Below are positions 29,590-39,607 of a stretch of DNA of 64,000 nucleotides, piece by piece; positions within the stretch are counted from its first letter, which is position 1, and each line of letters opens with the position of its first letter. This DNA is from a virus (taxonomy: Duplodnaviria; Caudoviricetes). The stretch spans positions 32,001 to 96,000 of IMG/VR virus record IMGVR_UViG_3300029288_000057; one strand, given 5' to 3'. The position numbers and the translations under genes are program-made. The notes below the pieces were generated by a model. That model searched no databases and was not told the DNA's origin. It was given only the letters and a program-made list of their open reading frames with translations.

Positions 29590-29901
29590 TTATGATTTTA
29601 TAGGTATATACTCGATTTCTGTCTTGGTTCTGTGGTCTGTTTTCAAAACAAAAACAAATTGTGAATATTGAAATATTGTTTCTTTATCGGTGAGAAAAGT
29701 GGTTGTTGGATTTTCAGGCAAATATAAAATTCCTCCATATACTTGCTCATTAAGAGAACATCTTAACTTTGAACCAACCACTGTTTCTTCTACATGCTCT
29801 ATTAAAGCCTGTATTTTTTCAGGAAGAGCGTCAAGCAATACTCTCATTCTTATATACTCTTCAATTGATTTTGCTGTAATTTTAATATTTTTGTTTGGCA
29901 T
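29590..29901 (-). CDS. Hypothetical protein
   Basis: Array ORF. Confidence 0.75.
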   Translation of the reverse strand: MPNKNIKITAKSIEEYIRMRVLLDALPEKIQALIEHVEETVVGSKLRCSLNEQVYGGILYLPENPTTTFLTDKETIFQYSQFVFVLKTDHRTKTEIEYIPIKS

Positions 29902-29951
29902 AAGAATTATTATTTAAATATATAAAGCAAATGTTTCAGAAAAGAAGGAAA

Positions 29952-30191
29952 CTAATATATTTTATAAACTTTTAAATTTCTGTGGGTTTTCTTTAATACA
30001 CCCTTTTCTGTTCCGATAGTAAATGATGTGTCACCATTACTAATTTCTTCTTTACCCAATATTATACCATCTATTAAAGATGTGCTAAAGTGAAAAGTTA
30101 TTTTATCAGCCACTTTTAATTTTTTAATTTCAGCTAATGAAAAACCTCTTTCACCCAAACCATCTAAATATGTTTTCCCTTCTTTTTTCAT
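29952..30191 (-). CDS. Hypothetical protein
   Basis: Start moved to MKKEG. Confidence 0.7.
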   Translation of the reverse strand: MKKEGKTYLDGLGERGFSLAEIKKLKVADKITFHFSTSLIDGIILGKEEISNGDTSFTIGTEKGVLKKTHRNLKVYKIY

Positions 30192-30241
30192 ACTGATTAA
30201 TTTTATTATATAAAGCAAATAAAAATGAAAAGAGGGAGACT

Positions 30242-30808
30242 TTAGAACTCCCCCCTATACTTAAGCATTAATTTGTTTAACGTTCTGCGAACCTTATAAT
30301 CTTCAAATTTTTCTCCTTCCATTCTTTCTGAGGGAGCGTTTAAGAAATAGTCTCTTTGTTCGGGGGTGAGGTTTAGTTTCCTTAACATCTGTAACTTGTT
30401 TGGAACATCACCATAATCGGAAAACTTCTCCACAATATGAATGTAGTCGGGAGTTTGCAACAATGTTGATGTGTTTTCAGAAATAAGTGTGCCAAGTTCT
30501 CCTGAAGTAACAGCAACGGTCTTGCCAAGCTTCTCTGCTGATTTCATTGCTTCTACAATGAGGGCGGCTTTGCCTGCATCGGCATGACCTGCAATTATAA
30601 CGGAGGGAGTTTCTTTAAAAATACTCCATTCAGCAGTTTCAGACTGTCGTACTGCCCAAAACTCATCGAATCTTGTTCCGTGTACAACTCCATCTTCTGT
30701 CTGAATTTTCCTGTCTTTATTTAGGAAAACATATTCTTTAACGTCGTAATATTCGTTGGTTACTTTGTGTCCGTCAAGCATTGCTTGATATGCTTCTTCT
30801 TTGTTCAT
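30242..30808 (-). CDS. Hypothetical protein; N-terminus resembles DUF2829/Tad2, internal GHADAGK segment
   Basis: EA..AM.DG.KV...W.I pattern (function is inference). Confidence 0.7.
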   Translation of the reverse strand: MNKEEAYQAMLDGHKVTNEYYDVKEYVFLNKDRKIQTEDGVVHGTRFDEFWAVRQSETAEWSIFKETPSVIIAGHADAGKAALIVEAMKSAEKLGKTVAVTSGELGTLISENTSTLLQTPDYIHIVEKFSDYGDVPNKLQMLRKLNLTPEQRDYFLNAPSERMEGEKFEDYKVRRTLNKLMLKYRGEF

Positions 30809-30856
30809 TTTTATCAGTTTGGTATATAAAGAAAACTAAATGTGAAAGAGGGGTTC

Positions 30857-31126
30857 TTAATTTTCATCAGGGTCAATACCTGCTTGTTTCATTTTATGAC
30901 TCCACCATGGGTCATCTTCATCAGTAATAGGGTCAAGATGTGAATTCTTATATCCGCTTCCAAAAAATTTGTTATCCAAAACAGACTGCCCGCTAAGGAT
31001 AAGATTTTTTTCATCTCTCAGGTATTCTGCAATTCTGTTACGATATTGCTGATTTGTTTCGTTGGCTCGCTTCTTGTCTTGTTTATATTTCTCTGCGAAA
31101 TGGTCTGCTACAAAATTTTCATTCAT
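30857..31126 (-). CDS. Hypothetical protein
   Basis: Array ORF. Confidence 0.75.
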   Translation of the reverse strand: MNENFVADHFAEKYKQDKKRANETNQQYRNRIAEYLRDEKNLILSGQSVLDNKFFGSGYKNSHLDPITDEDDPWWSHKMKQAGIDPDEN

Positions 31127-31218
31127 GATGTTTTGTGTTTGGTTATAAATATATAAAACAAATATACGAAAAAGAAGAGAACTGTCCCCTCCTTTTATAC
31201 GATTATTTTCTTGTTTTG

Positions 31219-31488
31219 TTATTCCATACTGCCGAATAATACATGGACTGCTAATATTCCGTATTTTTCAGCAATTTCAATGTTGTTAATCATGTTTTTT
31301 ACGGCAACAGAATCACTTTTAACTTCATAAATACCACCACTCATGCTTGAGGCTTTATGTTCTAAATCTTCGGGTTTAACTCCAACCAATTTTGCCACAG
31401 CAACTTCTACATTTTCATCAGAGAAATTTTTAACTTCTGCTGCGCAAAGAGGCGAGGTAAGATTTTTAATGAATATAATGTTTTTCAT
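31219..31488 (-). CDS. Hypothetical protein
   Basis: Start moved to MKNII. Confidence 0.7.
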   Translation of the reverse strand: MKNIIFIKNLTSPLCAAEVKNFSDENVEVAVAKLVGVKPEDLEHKASSMSGGIYEVKSDSVAVKNMINNIEIAEKYGILAVHVLFGSME

Positions 31489-31687
31489 TTTGTTTATGGG
31501 TTTTAAGTTTGACAATTATATAAAGAACTGAGATGAAAAAAGAGGGGAGAGTTGTCTGACATCTAAAAGCAGAAAACCCCAGAATTTCTCCCAGGGATTC
31601 CAGTCTGGTTTCCCTGTCTTTGTTAGGTTCTTAACACCTCAAAGCAATGGAGGGTTTCCATTAGCACCCAAAGACACCAGCAAGTCT

Positions 31688-32227
31688 TTATTTCTTTGTC
31701 AGAACTTTCTCCTGCAATTTCTTTACAGAGAAGTTTTGACTTCCGCCTTCGTGAATTAGAATTGTACGGTCTTTTAAATTCACAAGGTACACATACTCCA
31801 AATCACCGTGATGTTTAACATTTGTTGTAGGTTCATACGCTCCCACTTTCCATCCCATTCTGCTTTTTTTTCTCTCTTTTGCTGAGGGGTTAAAAATAGT
31901 TTCGGCAGGTAAATGGATTTCGCCCCACTTAAACCCTCCATCATCTTTATTGCCACATTCTTTGCATTTTTTATTACGTCTGTATTTCGTCGTGACTGCA
32001 CCACAGTCACAAATGTAACCGTACACATGGTTATATTCCATTGCTCCAATCAAAACAAGCCATCCACTTGCTTGGTTTACGTTGTCACGGATTTGTTTTC
32101 TTTTAACAAGGTTTAAGAATTTACGAAGAGTGGGGAGCGTTCCTTTGGGATAACCGTCTGAATGACGATAAAAATGAATTGTGTCTCCATTTTCATCTAT
32201 TAGTACTATTCCTGCTCGTGTACTCAT
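31688..32227 (-). CDS. Phage protein of MSTR..YxHxDGYP type with inserted Zn ribbon
   Basis: YRHSDGYP; CDC..CKEC; EYVY. Confidence 0.8.
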   Translation of the reverse strand: MSTRAGIVLIDENGDTIHFYRHSDGYPKGTLPTLRKFLNLVKRKQIRDNVNQASGWLVLIGAMEYNHVYGYICDCGAVTTKYRRNKKCKECGNKDDGGFKWGEIHLPAETIFNPSAKERKKSRMGWKVGAYEPTTNVKHHGDLEYVYLVNLKDRTILIHEGGSQNFSVKKLQEKVLTKK

Positions 32228-32918
32228 GGTTCTTGTTTTTGGTTATTAATTTATTATATAAAGCCATAGGTTTTGAAAAGAGGGAGAGTTTGCATTCGTC
32301 CCAAAGTTTTTTTAGTGCCAGTTTATTCAAATAAGCCTCACTTCTTTTTACATACTTTTCATCGACATCTGAACCAATACGAACAGAAAGCCCAATATGT
32401 ATTATTCCTATTTCCACATCTGTTAAAACTTTTCTTGCCAATGCAAAAATATATTTGTCGGCAGATTCTTCACTGGTATCATTATAATATTCAAAACAAA
32501 AGTGGTGCCCTAATTCGTGAGCAAGCACATACGTTTCACTATATCCTTCTCTATTTGAAAAGGTCGGAAGCACAACGTGAATTTTTGGGAATTCTTTAGA
32601 TATTCTGTTGAGGGGAGTGTTGTATTCTTTGGTAAGATGTTGATAAGCCCCCGCCGCATTTCTTTCGCTTTCATTTTCACAAACCGCCTCATTCAACTCT
32701 TTGGTGTTATTGTAATAGCGAACATATATTAGTTCCTGACGGCAAATCTTTATTAGTTCATCATAAAACTTTTTAAGAACCCTTCTTTCTTCTTCGCCTT
32801 CAATGAAAAATTTCTTTTCAAATTTTTTTAAGGAAAAATGATTAATAGCAAGTGCAATAAAAGCCAATACAAAAAGTATTGAGGAGAAGATAACCATTGT
32901 AAAGGGAAGGATAGCCAT
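32193..32918 (-). CDS. Membrane-anchored ImmA/IrrE-like (M78) metallopeptidase
   Basis: N-terminal TM; LAHELGHH...EESAD. Confidence 0.65.
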   Translation of the reverse strand: MAILPFTMVIFSSILFVLAFIALAINHFSLKKFEKKFFIEGEEERRVLKKFYDELIKICRQELIYVRYYNNTKELNEAVCENESERNAAGAYQHLTKEYNTPLNRISKEFPKIHVVLPTFSNREGYSETYVLAHELGHHFCFEYYNDTSEESADKYIFALARKVLTDVEIGIIHIGLSVRIGSDVDEKYVKRSEAYLNKLALKKLWDECKLSLFSKPMALYNKLITKNKNHEYTSRNSTNR

Positions 32919-33101
32919 TATAAATTACCAGTATTTATAAACGAAGTGAATTACACAATAAATTATTCCAATGACTATTGCAATATCAACAAGGACAAAT
33001 AACGCCCAAAAAGCAATTATAAGTTTTCTTTTTTTCATAACAAGTGTTTTATTGTGTTATACGATTATATAAAGTAAAAGTTTTGAGAAAGAAGGGAGAC
33101 T

Positions 33102-33329
33102 TTAGTTATATTTCTCATATAATTTTTTGCCTTTGTTCCAGGAGGTTATTGAAGTATAAAAGTCGGCTCCAGTTTCATTACACAATTCTTTGAGCTTCAT
33201 GTATTGGTCTTTTATCACAACTTCAATTTCTTCTTCATTAACTTCATCAATGAATCCAATGGGGTCAGATGCGAACATGGATATTGTGTATTCAACACAT
33301 TCTTTTGTAGTAGTCAATATTCTTTTCAT
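33102..33329 (-). CDS. Hypothetical protein
   Basis: Single-gene cassette. Confidence 0.75.
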   Translation of the reverse strand: MKRILTTTKECVEYTISMFASDPIGFIDEVNEEEIEVVIKDQYMKLKELCNETGADFYTSITSWNKGKKLYEKYN

Positions 33330-33386
33330 TTTATGATTCTTTGATTATGAATATATAAAGAAAGGGTTCAGGAAAGAGGGAGAGTT

Positions 33387-33638
33387 TTAAGAGCCATGAA
33401 TACCCTTAATGGTCACTTGGTCGCTCATATCAGCACCTGTCAAATTTATCTTTTTTTCAATATCAATCAGGAATGACCAATGCAATAAATCAAGGTCTTC
33501 ATCATTCTGAGCTTGAAAATAATCTGGCACTTGCCACAAAACTGTTTCGGGGCAAGCAAGAATTTCTTCTACAGTGCTGTTTTGGTTAATGTTGTTTCCA
33601 GTTTCGGTTGGAACAACTGCAACTCTAAAATCTTTCAT
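33387..33638 (-). CDS. Hypothetical protein
   Basis: Single-gene cassette. Confidence 0.75.
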   Translation of the reverse strand: MKDFRVAVVPTETGNNINQNSTVEEILACPETVLWQVPDYFQAQNDEDLDLLHWSFLIDIEKKINLTGADMSDQVTIKGIHGS

Positions 33639-33694
33639 GACTTTGTTTTTGGTTTATAACAAATATATAAAGCGAATTTATTTGGAAAGAGGGA

Positions 33695-34021
33695 TTATTC
33701 TTTTGAGCATTCCTCAACAAGTTTTTTCTCTAGCTTTTTTGCCATTTTTATATAGGTTTCTTCAGCCTTGTTTGCTCTCTTCTTTGCATCCTCCAGCTCC
33801 TTCCTTGTTGCCCATAAAGTCTTGTCAGAAAACATCATAAACATCCATATCATTAAATAATAACTAAAAGCAAATATACCAATTACTATTGCAACTCTGA
33901 TTGGTGTATTTATTACCACTGGCTCAGGCAAGGTCAATAAAGTTATCAATCCAAGTACTGCGAAAAATGAAGGAATGAAACATATAAGCCCCACAGTCCT
34001 TAAGAATTTCTTTGTTATCAT
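33695..34021 (-). CDS. Membrane protein
   Basis: Two TM helices; single-gene cassette. Confidence 0.75.
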   Translation of the reverse strand: MITKKFLRTVGLICFIPSFFAVLGLITLLTLPEPVVINTPIRVAIVIGIFAFSYYLMIWMFMMFSDKTLWATRKELEDAKKRANKAEETYIKMAKKLEKKLVEECSKE

Positions 34022-34082
34022 GGTTTTTTGTTTTTTGATTTAATAAATATATAAAGAAAGAATTTCAGAAAAGAGGGAGACT

Positions 34083-34436
34083 TTAACCTCTCGGTTCGTG
34101 TTTAAAACAACTTAAGAAATAATCAATTGTAGGTTCAACAACATCTACGAACACGGTTTCTTCTCTGTGGCTTCGTGGAGTGATTCTCTTTACTGCTTTT
34201 TTTCCTGTGCAAGATTGACCGTTTAAATTACCTGTATAGAAACGCAAGGCACAGCTTTCATCATTTGCAAGTTGCAACAAATGTTCTTTGTTCTCAATAA
34301 AATATGCACCCTCGTAAACGTGCAACCAACTCCTATACACATTAATCCTGATAACTTCTTTACCATTATGTTCACTGGCTTCCGCCTCGAATGTATGTTC
34401 ACCCCAATGGGCAACTTTTCCTTTTATTTGTTCCAT
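34083..34436 (-). CDS. Hypothetical protein
   Basis: Array ORF. Confidence 0.75.
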   Translation of the reverse strand: MEQIKGKVAHWGEHTFEAEASEHNGKEVIRINVYRSWLHVYEGAYFIENKEHLLQLANDESCALRFYTGNLNGQSCTGKKAVKRITPRSHREETVFVDVVEPTIDYFLSCFKHEPRG

Positions 34437-34446
34437 CGTGTTTGGT

Positions 34447-34674
34447 TTATAGTTGGGATTTTTCTGTTAATATTATTTTTCTAAACAGCAAAACTTTGCT
34501 TGCACTTTCAGGCATAACTCTTAAACGCTCTTTAATAGCAATAAATTCATCTTCACTCTTAGCCGTCTTTAGCATATCATCGACTATTTTTTCAAAGTGT
34601 GCATTCATTTCATCCTCGGCTTCTTTGAGTTCTAATCGCTTTCTTTTATATTGCTCTATTAATTTAGCTTCCAT
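34447..34674 (-). CDS. Hypothetical protein
   Basis: Array ORF. Confidence 0.75.
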   Translation of the reverse strand: MEAKLIEQYKRKRLELKEAEDEMNAHFEKIVDDMLKTAKSEDEFIAIKERLRVMPESASKVLLFRKIILTEKSQL

Positions 34675-34729
34675 TTATCTTATTTTTTATATAAAGAAAT
34701 AATTTTAGAAAAGAGGGAGAGTTGTCTTT

Positions 34730-35596
34730 TTAAGGTTTCTTCCCGAACATATTTTTAAATGACTCTTCAAACGCTTCATTTTGTTTTTCCACTTTTTTAA
34801 CTTCTTCGGGAAAGATTGAACCGTAATACCAACGGGTTAATGAATAAACATCTTGCCAACTTTTACTATCAGCACCATTTGTTCCCTTTAGAATTAAGCC
34901 AACCCCGTGATAATATTCATCTTTAAGGTCTGTTTTAACGTCTAACACTTTGTGAGTGCCTAACATTTCACCTTTCTTAATAGTTTTAATCTTTTCAAAC
35001 ATATCCGTTTGGGCAAAGAGTTCCAAATACTTTCCGAACAACTCTTCAAGGCAGAAAATAAAATCATCAATGCTACTGAAATACTCTCCACCATTCCAAA
35101 CATTTTTTATTTTAATGTATTTTTCTCTTTTAAATGAAAAGTCATTCCACAGACTATGTATATTTCCTTCTCCAATGAAATCCATTAGAGCTACAATGTA
35201 TTTGTTTAAATCGTAAAATTCATTATCACACCTTGCGTCTGATTCATCATCTGACAACATATCACTGTCTGTGTTGAATGTAAAACAACCAAGTTTTGTG
35301 CCGTATCTATCCTCTTTTACAACCTTTGTGAAAATGGTAAAATGGCTTTGATACTGGCGTAAAATGAAAATTACATTGTCTTTCTGAATGATTGCCCAGT
35401 TATAGTTTTTTCCTTTGTTCCATTTCAATTTGCTCAAATCTTTTTTGAGTTTCTGTACTGGCAATTTTGTAAGGAGATAATCAAATGCAGATTTAAGCTT
35501 TTCACACAACTTTAAATCATAATACATGTGCATTGTTATATCGTTTTTGTCAAATTTAAAAACGTCGTGCTTGGTAAAATACATATTCTTTGACAT
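34730..35596 (-). CDS. Hypothetical protein
   Basis: Single-gene cassette, 288 aa. Confidence 0.85.
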   Translation of the reverse strand: MSKNMYFTKHDVFKFDKNDITMHMYYDLKLCEKLKSAFDYLLTKLPVQKLKKDLSKLKWNKGKNYNWAIIQKDNVIFILRQYQSHFTIFTKVVKEDRYGTKLGCFTFNTDSDMLSDDESDARCDNEFYDLNKYIVALMDFIGEGNIHSLWNDFSFKREKYIKIKNVWNGGEYFSSIDDFIFCLEELFGKYLELFAQTDMFEKIKTIKKGEMLGTHKVLDVKTDLKDEYYHGVGLILKGTNGADSKSWQDVYSLTRWYYGSIFPEEVKKVEKQNEAFEESFKNMFGKKP

Positions 35597-35657
35597 AATA
35601 GTTTATTTTTGGTTATACGAATATATAAAGAAAGAATTTTGAGAAAGAGGGGAACTC

Positions 35658-36704
35658 TTACTCTGTTCCCAGAACCTGTATGTTGCCATTTTTAAATCCT
35701 GCTTTTCCCAATATTGAAAACATTTTAGCAATCATTTTATAGCTTTCAGCTTCGCTGTCTTTGTCGGTTAAATCAAAGCCCTCACCTGAAAATCCATCCA
35801 TAAGACTGGCGGGAGACATTTTATAATCCAAAAATCTTTCGACATTAACAGGACGGACAAAAGATTCAGCTTTAAACCATTTTTCAGGTTTTCTGTTTCC
35901 AATATTAAAAATATACATTTCGTTGTCCTGTATGGTCTCTTTTAAAAGCACGGCTTCAATTTCTTTTAGGTTTCTCAACCTTGCGTCTATATATTCTATC
36001 ATATCACCGTAGCCGTTGCCAACTCCAATGTCATTTTTAAAAAATTCATTTTTGAAATCTGTATGTTTCAGTTTTTTCAAAATGTTTCCTTTGAACTCTT
36101 TTGAAAGTAACATTCTCATTGAGTAGCTTTGTATATCTTCAATCATATCCTGAATGATTGGGAGTACCTTTCCATTCTTAATTTTGAGAGGACAGAGCAA
36201 AAATTCGCCCTCGTCTGAAAGAGTAATTAAGGCAGAAGGAACTTTTTTAGATATTTCTATCAGTGCTTTAAAAACGAGCAAGCTGTTAAATTCATTGCCC
36301 TGTGTCTTTGTGAAGCCGTGAAACTCATTGTCCCCCTTGTCATGTGCAAGAATATATCCTTTTTTCTCCATTTCAAAAACAGCGTCAATAAAACTGCCCG
36401 TTTCCTTTTCGGCTTTTTCCATGAGCTGATTAATCAAAGCCCAACCTGCCTCTGAACCGCCTCCATTTGTCTTTGTAACGAGTTTTACAGCGTTATTTTC
36501 CCAGTTGGGATAGTAATTACCCACACCAAGCCAAAAGTTCTCACAAGTCCAAAGATTCTTTAGTTTGGTTTTGTAAGTAGTATTAATTTCTTTTAACAAA
36601 CCTTTTGAATTGTAAAAAGTAGAAACCTGATACATGGATTCAAGTTCTTTGCGTGTGAAATTTCCTTTGTCACGCTTTATTGTGTAGTGGAGTGTCCTGC
36701 CCAT
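35658..36704 (-). CDS. Hypothetical protein (MG...HY..FTKTQ..SDEG type)
   Basis: Single-gene cassette, 348 aa. Confidence 0.85.
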   Translation of the reverse strand: MGRTLHYTIKRDKGNFTRKELESMYQVSTFYNSKGLLKEINTTYKTKLKNLWTCENFWLGVGNYYPNWENNAVKLVTKTNGGGSEAGWALINQLMEKAEKETGSFIDAVFEMEKKGYILAHDKGDNEFHGFTKTQGNEFNSLLVFKALIEISKKVPSALITLSDEGEFLLCPLKIKNGKVLPIIQDMIEDIQSYSMRMLLSKEFKGNILKKLKHTDFKNEFFKNDIGVGNGYGDMIEYIDARLRNLKEIEAVLLKETIQDNEMYIFNIGNRKPEKWFKAESFVRPVNVERFLDYKMSPASLMDGFSGEGFDLTDKDSEAESYKMIAKMFSILGKAGFKNGNIQVLGTE

Positions 36705-36762
36705 AGCATTGTTTTTTGGTTTACAAACATATAAAGAAATCTTTAATAAAAAGAGGGGGCTT

Positions 36763-37254
36763 TTACCAAAACCCTATATAAATTTCTGTATCGCCACAAT
36801 TAAGAATAGCATCATAAAATCCGTTTATCTTTTCCAATTCACACTTAATGGCTTCTTTATTTTCTTTTGAGAATATCTCACTGGGAGTTCCGCCAAGCAT
36901 AGAAATAAGATTCTTAAACATATTGTGCTTTTCATCTTGTGAATAACTCCCAATCTGACTACTTATCCCTTCATCAGACCCCAAATAATTTAACTTTTCC
37001 TTAGCAAGATTAATCTGTTCAGTAGAAAAAACCTCGTCCCCTCCGTCTCCGCTGCATCCACTGTTAAACTTTTGTGCATCCAAACTTTCATAAAACAAAA
37101 ATTGACCAACGACATTGCCTGCTGAAAAACGAACGTAAGCAACTTCTTCGCCGACCTCAACTCCATTGCTAAGCCTAATCACATCATCATCGTGCGATTT
37201 CTCTTCAAAAGGAAGTCTTACTTTAAATCTGCGTGCTGAAATATCGTGTCCCAT
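36763..37254 (-). CDS. Hypothetical protein
   Basis: Single-gene cassette. Confidence 0.8.
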   Translation of the reverse strand: MGHDISARRFKVRLPFEEKSHDDDVIRLSNGVEVGEEVAYVRFSAGNVVGQFLFYESLDAQKFNSGCSGDGGDEVFSTEQINLAKEKLNYLGSDEGISSQIGSYSQDEKHNMFKNLISMLGGTPSEIFSKENKEAIKCELEKINGFYDAILNCGDTEIYIGFW

Positions 37255-37451
37255 TTGTTTTGGTTTATACGAATATATAAAGCAAAAGTTTTAAAAAAGA
37301 GGGAAAGTTATACTGGTCAACCACACGCATCCCACCGTTTTATTGTCTCAAGTTTTCTCCAGTGCAAACGACTTTTTAAGTCTCCTGTGTAATCATTTTC
37401 AACTCACACGCCAAAGCCTTGTCCGTTGTGTATAACGAATATTTTTTAAAG

Positions 37452-37682
37452 CTAAAATCTTCGGGGGTAATTATTAAGGGCTTCATTCATTTTACTCATC
37501 CAATTAACTTGTTTTCCATCTGACGAATAAAACACCTTATACTGCGGAAAGAAATGGAATACCTCATTATAAGTTCTATAACGTTCCACCTTTTCTTTAA
37601 CTCCAAATAACCCTTGAAGCCAGTTCGGTATTTTTGTTACGTAGTAAACATTTTCCTTTAGTTCTATTTTTCCAATTTTCAT
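37452..37682 (-). CDS. Hypothetical protein
   Basis: Array ORF. Confidence 0.7.
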   Translation of the reverse strand: MKIGKIELKENVYYVTKIPNWLQGLFGVKEKVERYRTYNEVFHFFPQYKVFYSSDGKQVNWMSKMNEALNNYPRRF

Positions 37683-37701
37683 AACTTTGTTTTTTAGTTT
37701 A

Positions 37702-37983
37702 TTAATAGAGACAAGTTTCAGAAACTCTTATTTGTCTTATTTCAGCTTCTCCATCTGTGTTATATTCTACATTAATTATTACACTTCCTCCATATTTAAA
37801 GTTTTCTGATATTGAAAGTGTGTCAACATTGGTAATTTCATCATTAGCCCCAAGGCAAAGCATATCTGTTAACGCTTTTGTAAGTTTAACATTAAGCTTT
37901 TTATCAGAGGTGGCTTGAATAACAGACGTGTTGCTGCTGTTGTCACTATCAACTTCTTCGACTAAAAAAAATCTCTTTTCCAT
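37702..37983 (-). CDS. Hypothetical protein
   Basis: Array ORF. Confidence 0.75.
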   Translation of the reverse strand: MEKRFFLVEEVDSDNSSNTSVIQATSDKKLNVKLTKALTDMLCLGANDEITNVDTLSISENFKYGGSVIINVEYNTDGEAEIRQIRVSETCLY

Positions 37984-38289
37984 AACTTTAAATTTTATTG
38001 GTTTATGATATTATAAAGAAAAATTTTTAAAAAGAGGGAGAGTTTATTCAATCAATTTAAAATTAGTCTTATCTATATTCCAAAATTTATCAACATAGTT
38101 TTTTTGATATTCCCAACCAATGTGAAAAGTGGTGCCAGCCCCATAGTGATAAGTTTGCAAACAATAGTAGTAGGGCTTTTTTAAATCGTTTATCATTGTA
38201 CTCATGATTTTAAGATTTTTGGTTACAAATACATAAAGAAATTAAACAAAAAAGAGGGGGAGACGTTTCCGTTTCCCCCTCCCTCAGTT

Positions 38290-38520
38290 TTATTTTACGG
38301 CCAGCGGTCTTTTTGCTGTTGCCTTTTTGTTTTTGCGAATCGTTTTCCACGCTTTTAAAGCACGTTCACGGTTCTTTCTCTTTCTTTCATTGGCGTGTCG
38401 TGTTACCCAGGCAGCACGAGCAGCAGCACTTCTTTTTTCAGCTCTTGCCCGTTCATTCTTTTTACGAGTGGCAGCAGCCTTGAGCGCAATTTTAGAAAGT
38501 TCTTCTTTTGTTTTCTTCAT
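38290..38520 (-). CDS. Small very basic K/R/A-rich protein (putative nucleic-acid binder)
   Basis: Three A.(K/A)A..T(R/I) repeats; class II promoter. Confidence 0.75.
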   Translation of the reverse strand: MKKTKEELSKIALKAAATRKKNERARAEKRSAAARAAWVTRHANERKRKNRERALKAWKTIRKNKKATAKRPLAVK

Positions 38521-38558
38521 GATTGTCTTTTATTAATTAATTAATATTGAGACTGGTT

Positions 38559-38586
38559 TATACGAATCTAATTTAAAAAGGTTACA
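38559..38586 (-). promoter_or_regulatory. Class II promoter TGTAAC-N16-CGTATA
   Basis: Upstream of basic protein 38290..38520. Confidence 0.7.
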
Positions 38587-38639
38587 TATAATAAAAAAAG
38601 GGGAGAGTTTCACCCACCCCCATTCTATAAATATTGTTC

Positions 38640-39551
38640 TTATTTTATGCGTTTCACAACCATTAGAAGCATGGGAGGGTTTTCTAAGCCGTCTTTGTAA
38701 GAAAGGTAATTGATACGTTTGAAATTGCCAAACTTGCTCATAAAACTACTCATTGCACTTAGCGTTTTAGACTCTTCTCTTTTGTATTTTCTCTCCCCAT
38801 TCAGCCTGTCAATAATATTTACTTCTCCTTCTTTGCTTCTACCATAACGCTGACTGAAAGTGAAAGAAATTGTACCGCCCCTTTTTACAATTTTATGTTT
38901 CATTGCAGTTGTAAGGTCTTTGTTTATACTTTCAAAAGAAGCGCAATAATCGAGCAATAAATGAGAGTATTTGTCAGCTTTTGATTCTGCAATCATATCC
39001 GAAATGTTTTCAGAAATCGTTGCTACTGGCAACCCATCTTTTAAAATGGTGCGCATCATTTTTACTTTTGTGCTTGGTTCAATTTCGGCAACGTCAAACT
39101 TGAAGTGCTTAGAAACTTCATTGACAATCTTTTTTTCCAAAATGCACTTGGCAGCGGGTAAAGACAAGATTTTGCCTTCTACAAGTCCACTTTCTTTGAT
39201 AGACTCCGCCATCATATTCCTTGCAATTTCTTTCTTCTCTCCAAAGTAATTGCCAAATGAAGCTTTTTTAACCCTTTTACGAGTTCTTTTTGGCTTTTGG
39301 GACTTTGCTATGTCTGTCAAAAGAAAATCGTTGCTAATAACCCCTAAGCGTTTTAAAGCAGCAATACACCCCGCAATTCTGATAGGTTTTATTTTTAACC
39401 TCTTTGCCATTTTTTCATTGCTCATTTCTGAACCATTGGCAAGTACAAAATCACGAACGGTATCGATGGAAACAACTTTTTGAGGTCTACCAACTTTTCG
39501 AGGTGGTAACTTCTTTGCTTTCCTTACTGATAATTTTTTATTTTTTGCCAT
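38640..39551 (-). CDS. Basic HTH-like N-terminus plus methyltransferase-like Rossmann domain
   Basis: GRP motif; ILSLPA, DVAEIE, LLLDYC pattern (inference). Confidence 0.6.
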   Translation of the reverse strand: MAKNKKLSVRKAKKLPPRKVGRPQKVVSIDTVRDFVLANGSEMSNEKMAKRLKIKPIRIAGCIAALKRLGVISNDFLLTDIAKSQKPKRTRKRVKKASFGNYFGEKKEIARNMMAESIKESGLVEGKILSLPAAKCILEKKIVNEVSKHFKFDVAEIEPSTKVKMMRTILKDGLPVATISENISDMIAESKADKYSHLLLDYCASFESINKDLTTAMKHKIVKRGGTISFTFSQRYGRSKEGEVNIIDRLNGERKYKREESKTLSAMSSFMSKFGNFKRINYLSYKDGLENPPMLLMVVKRIK

Positions 39552-39607
39552 TGTTTTAGTTTTTTGGTTATAAACATATAAAGAAACTCGTTTGTGAAAG
39601 AGGGGAT

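Noticed and set aside
31570-31687. Assignment to hammerhead, twister, pistol or a known riboswitch
   Set aside because: Required conserved cores not found by eye; kept only as an unclassified structured RNA.
37308-37437. GTTATAC...GTATAAC inverted ends as a MITE or attC site
   Set aside because: Single copy, only 7-bp ends, weak internal pairing and no target duplication.
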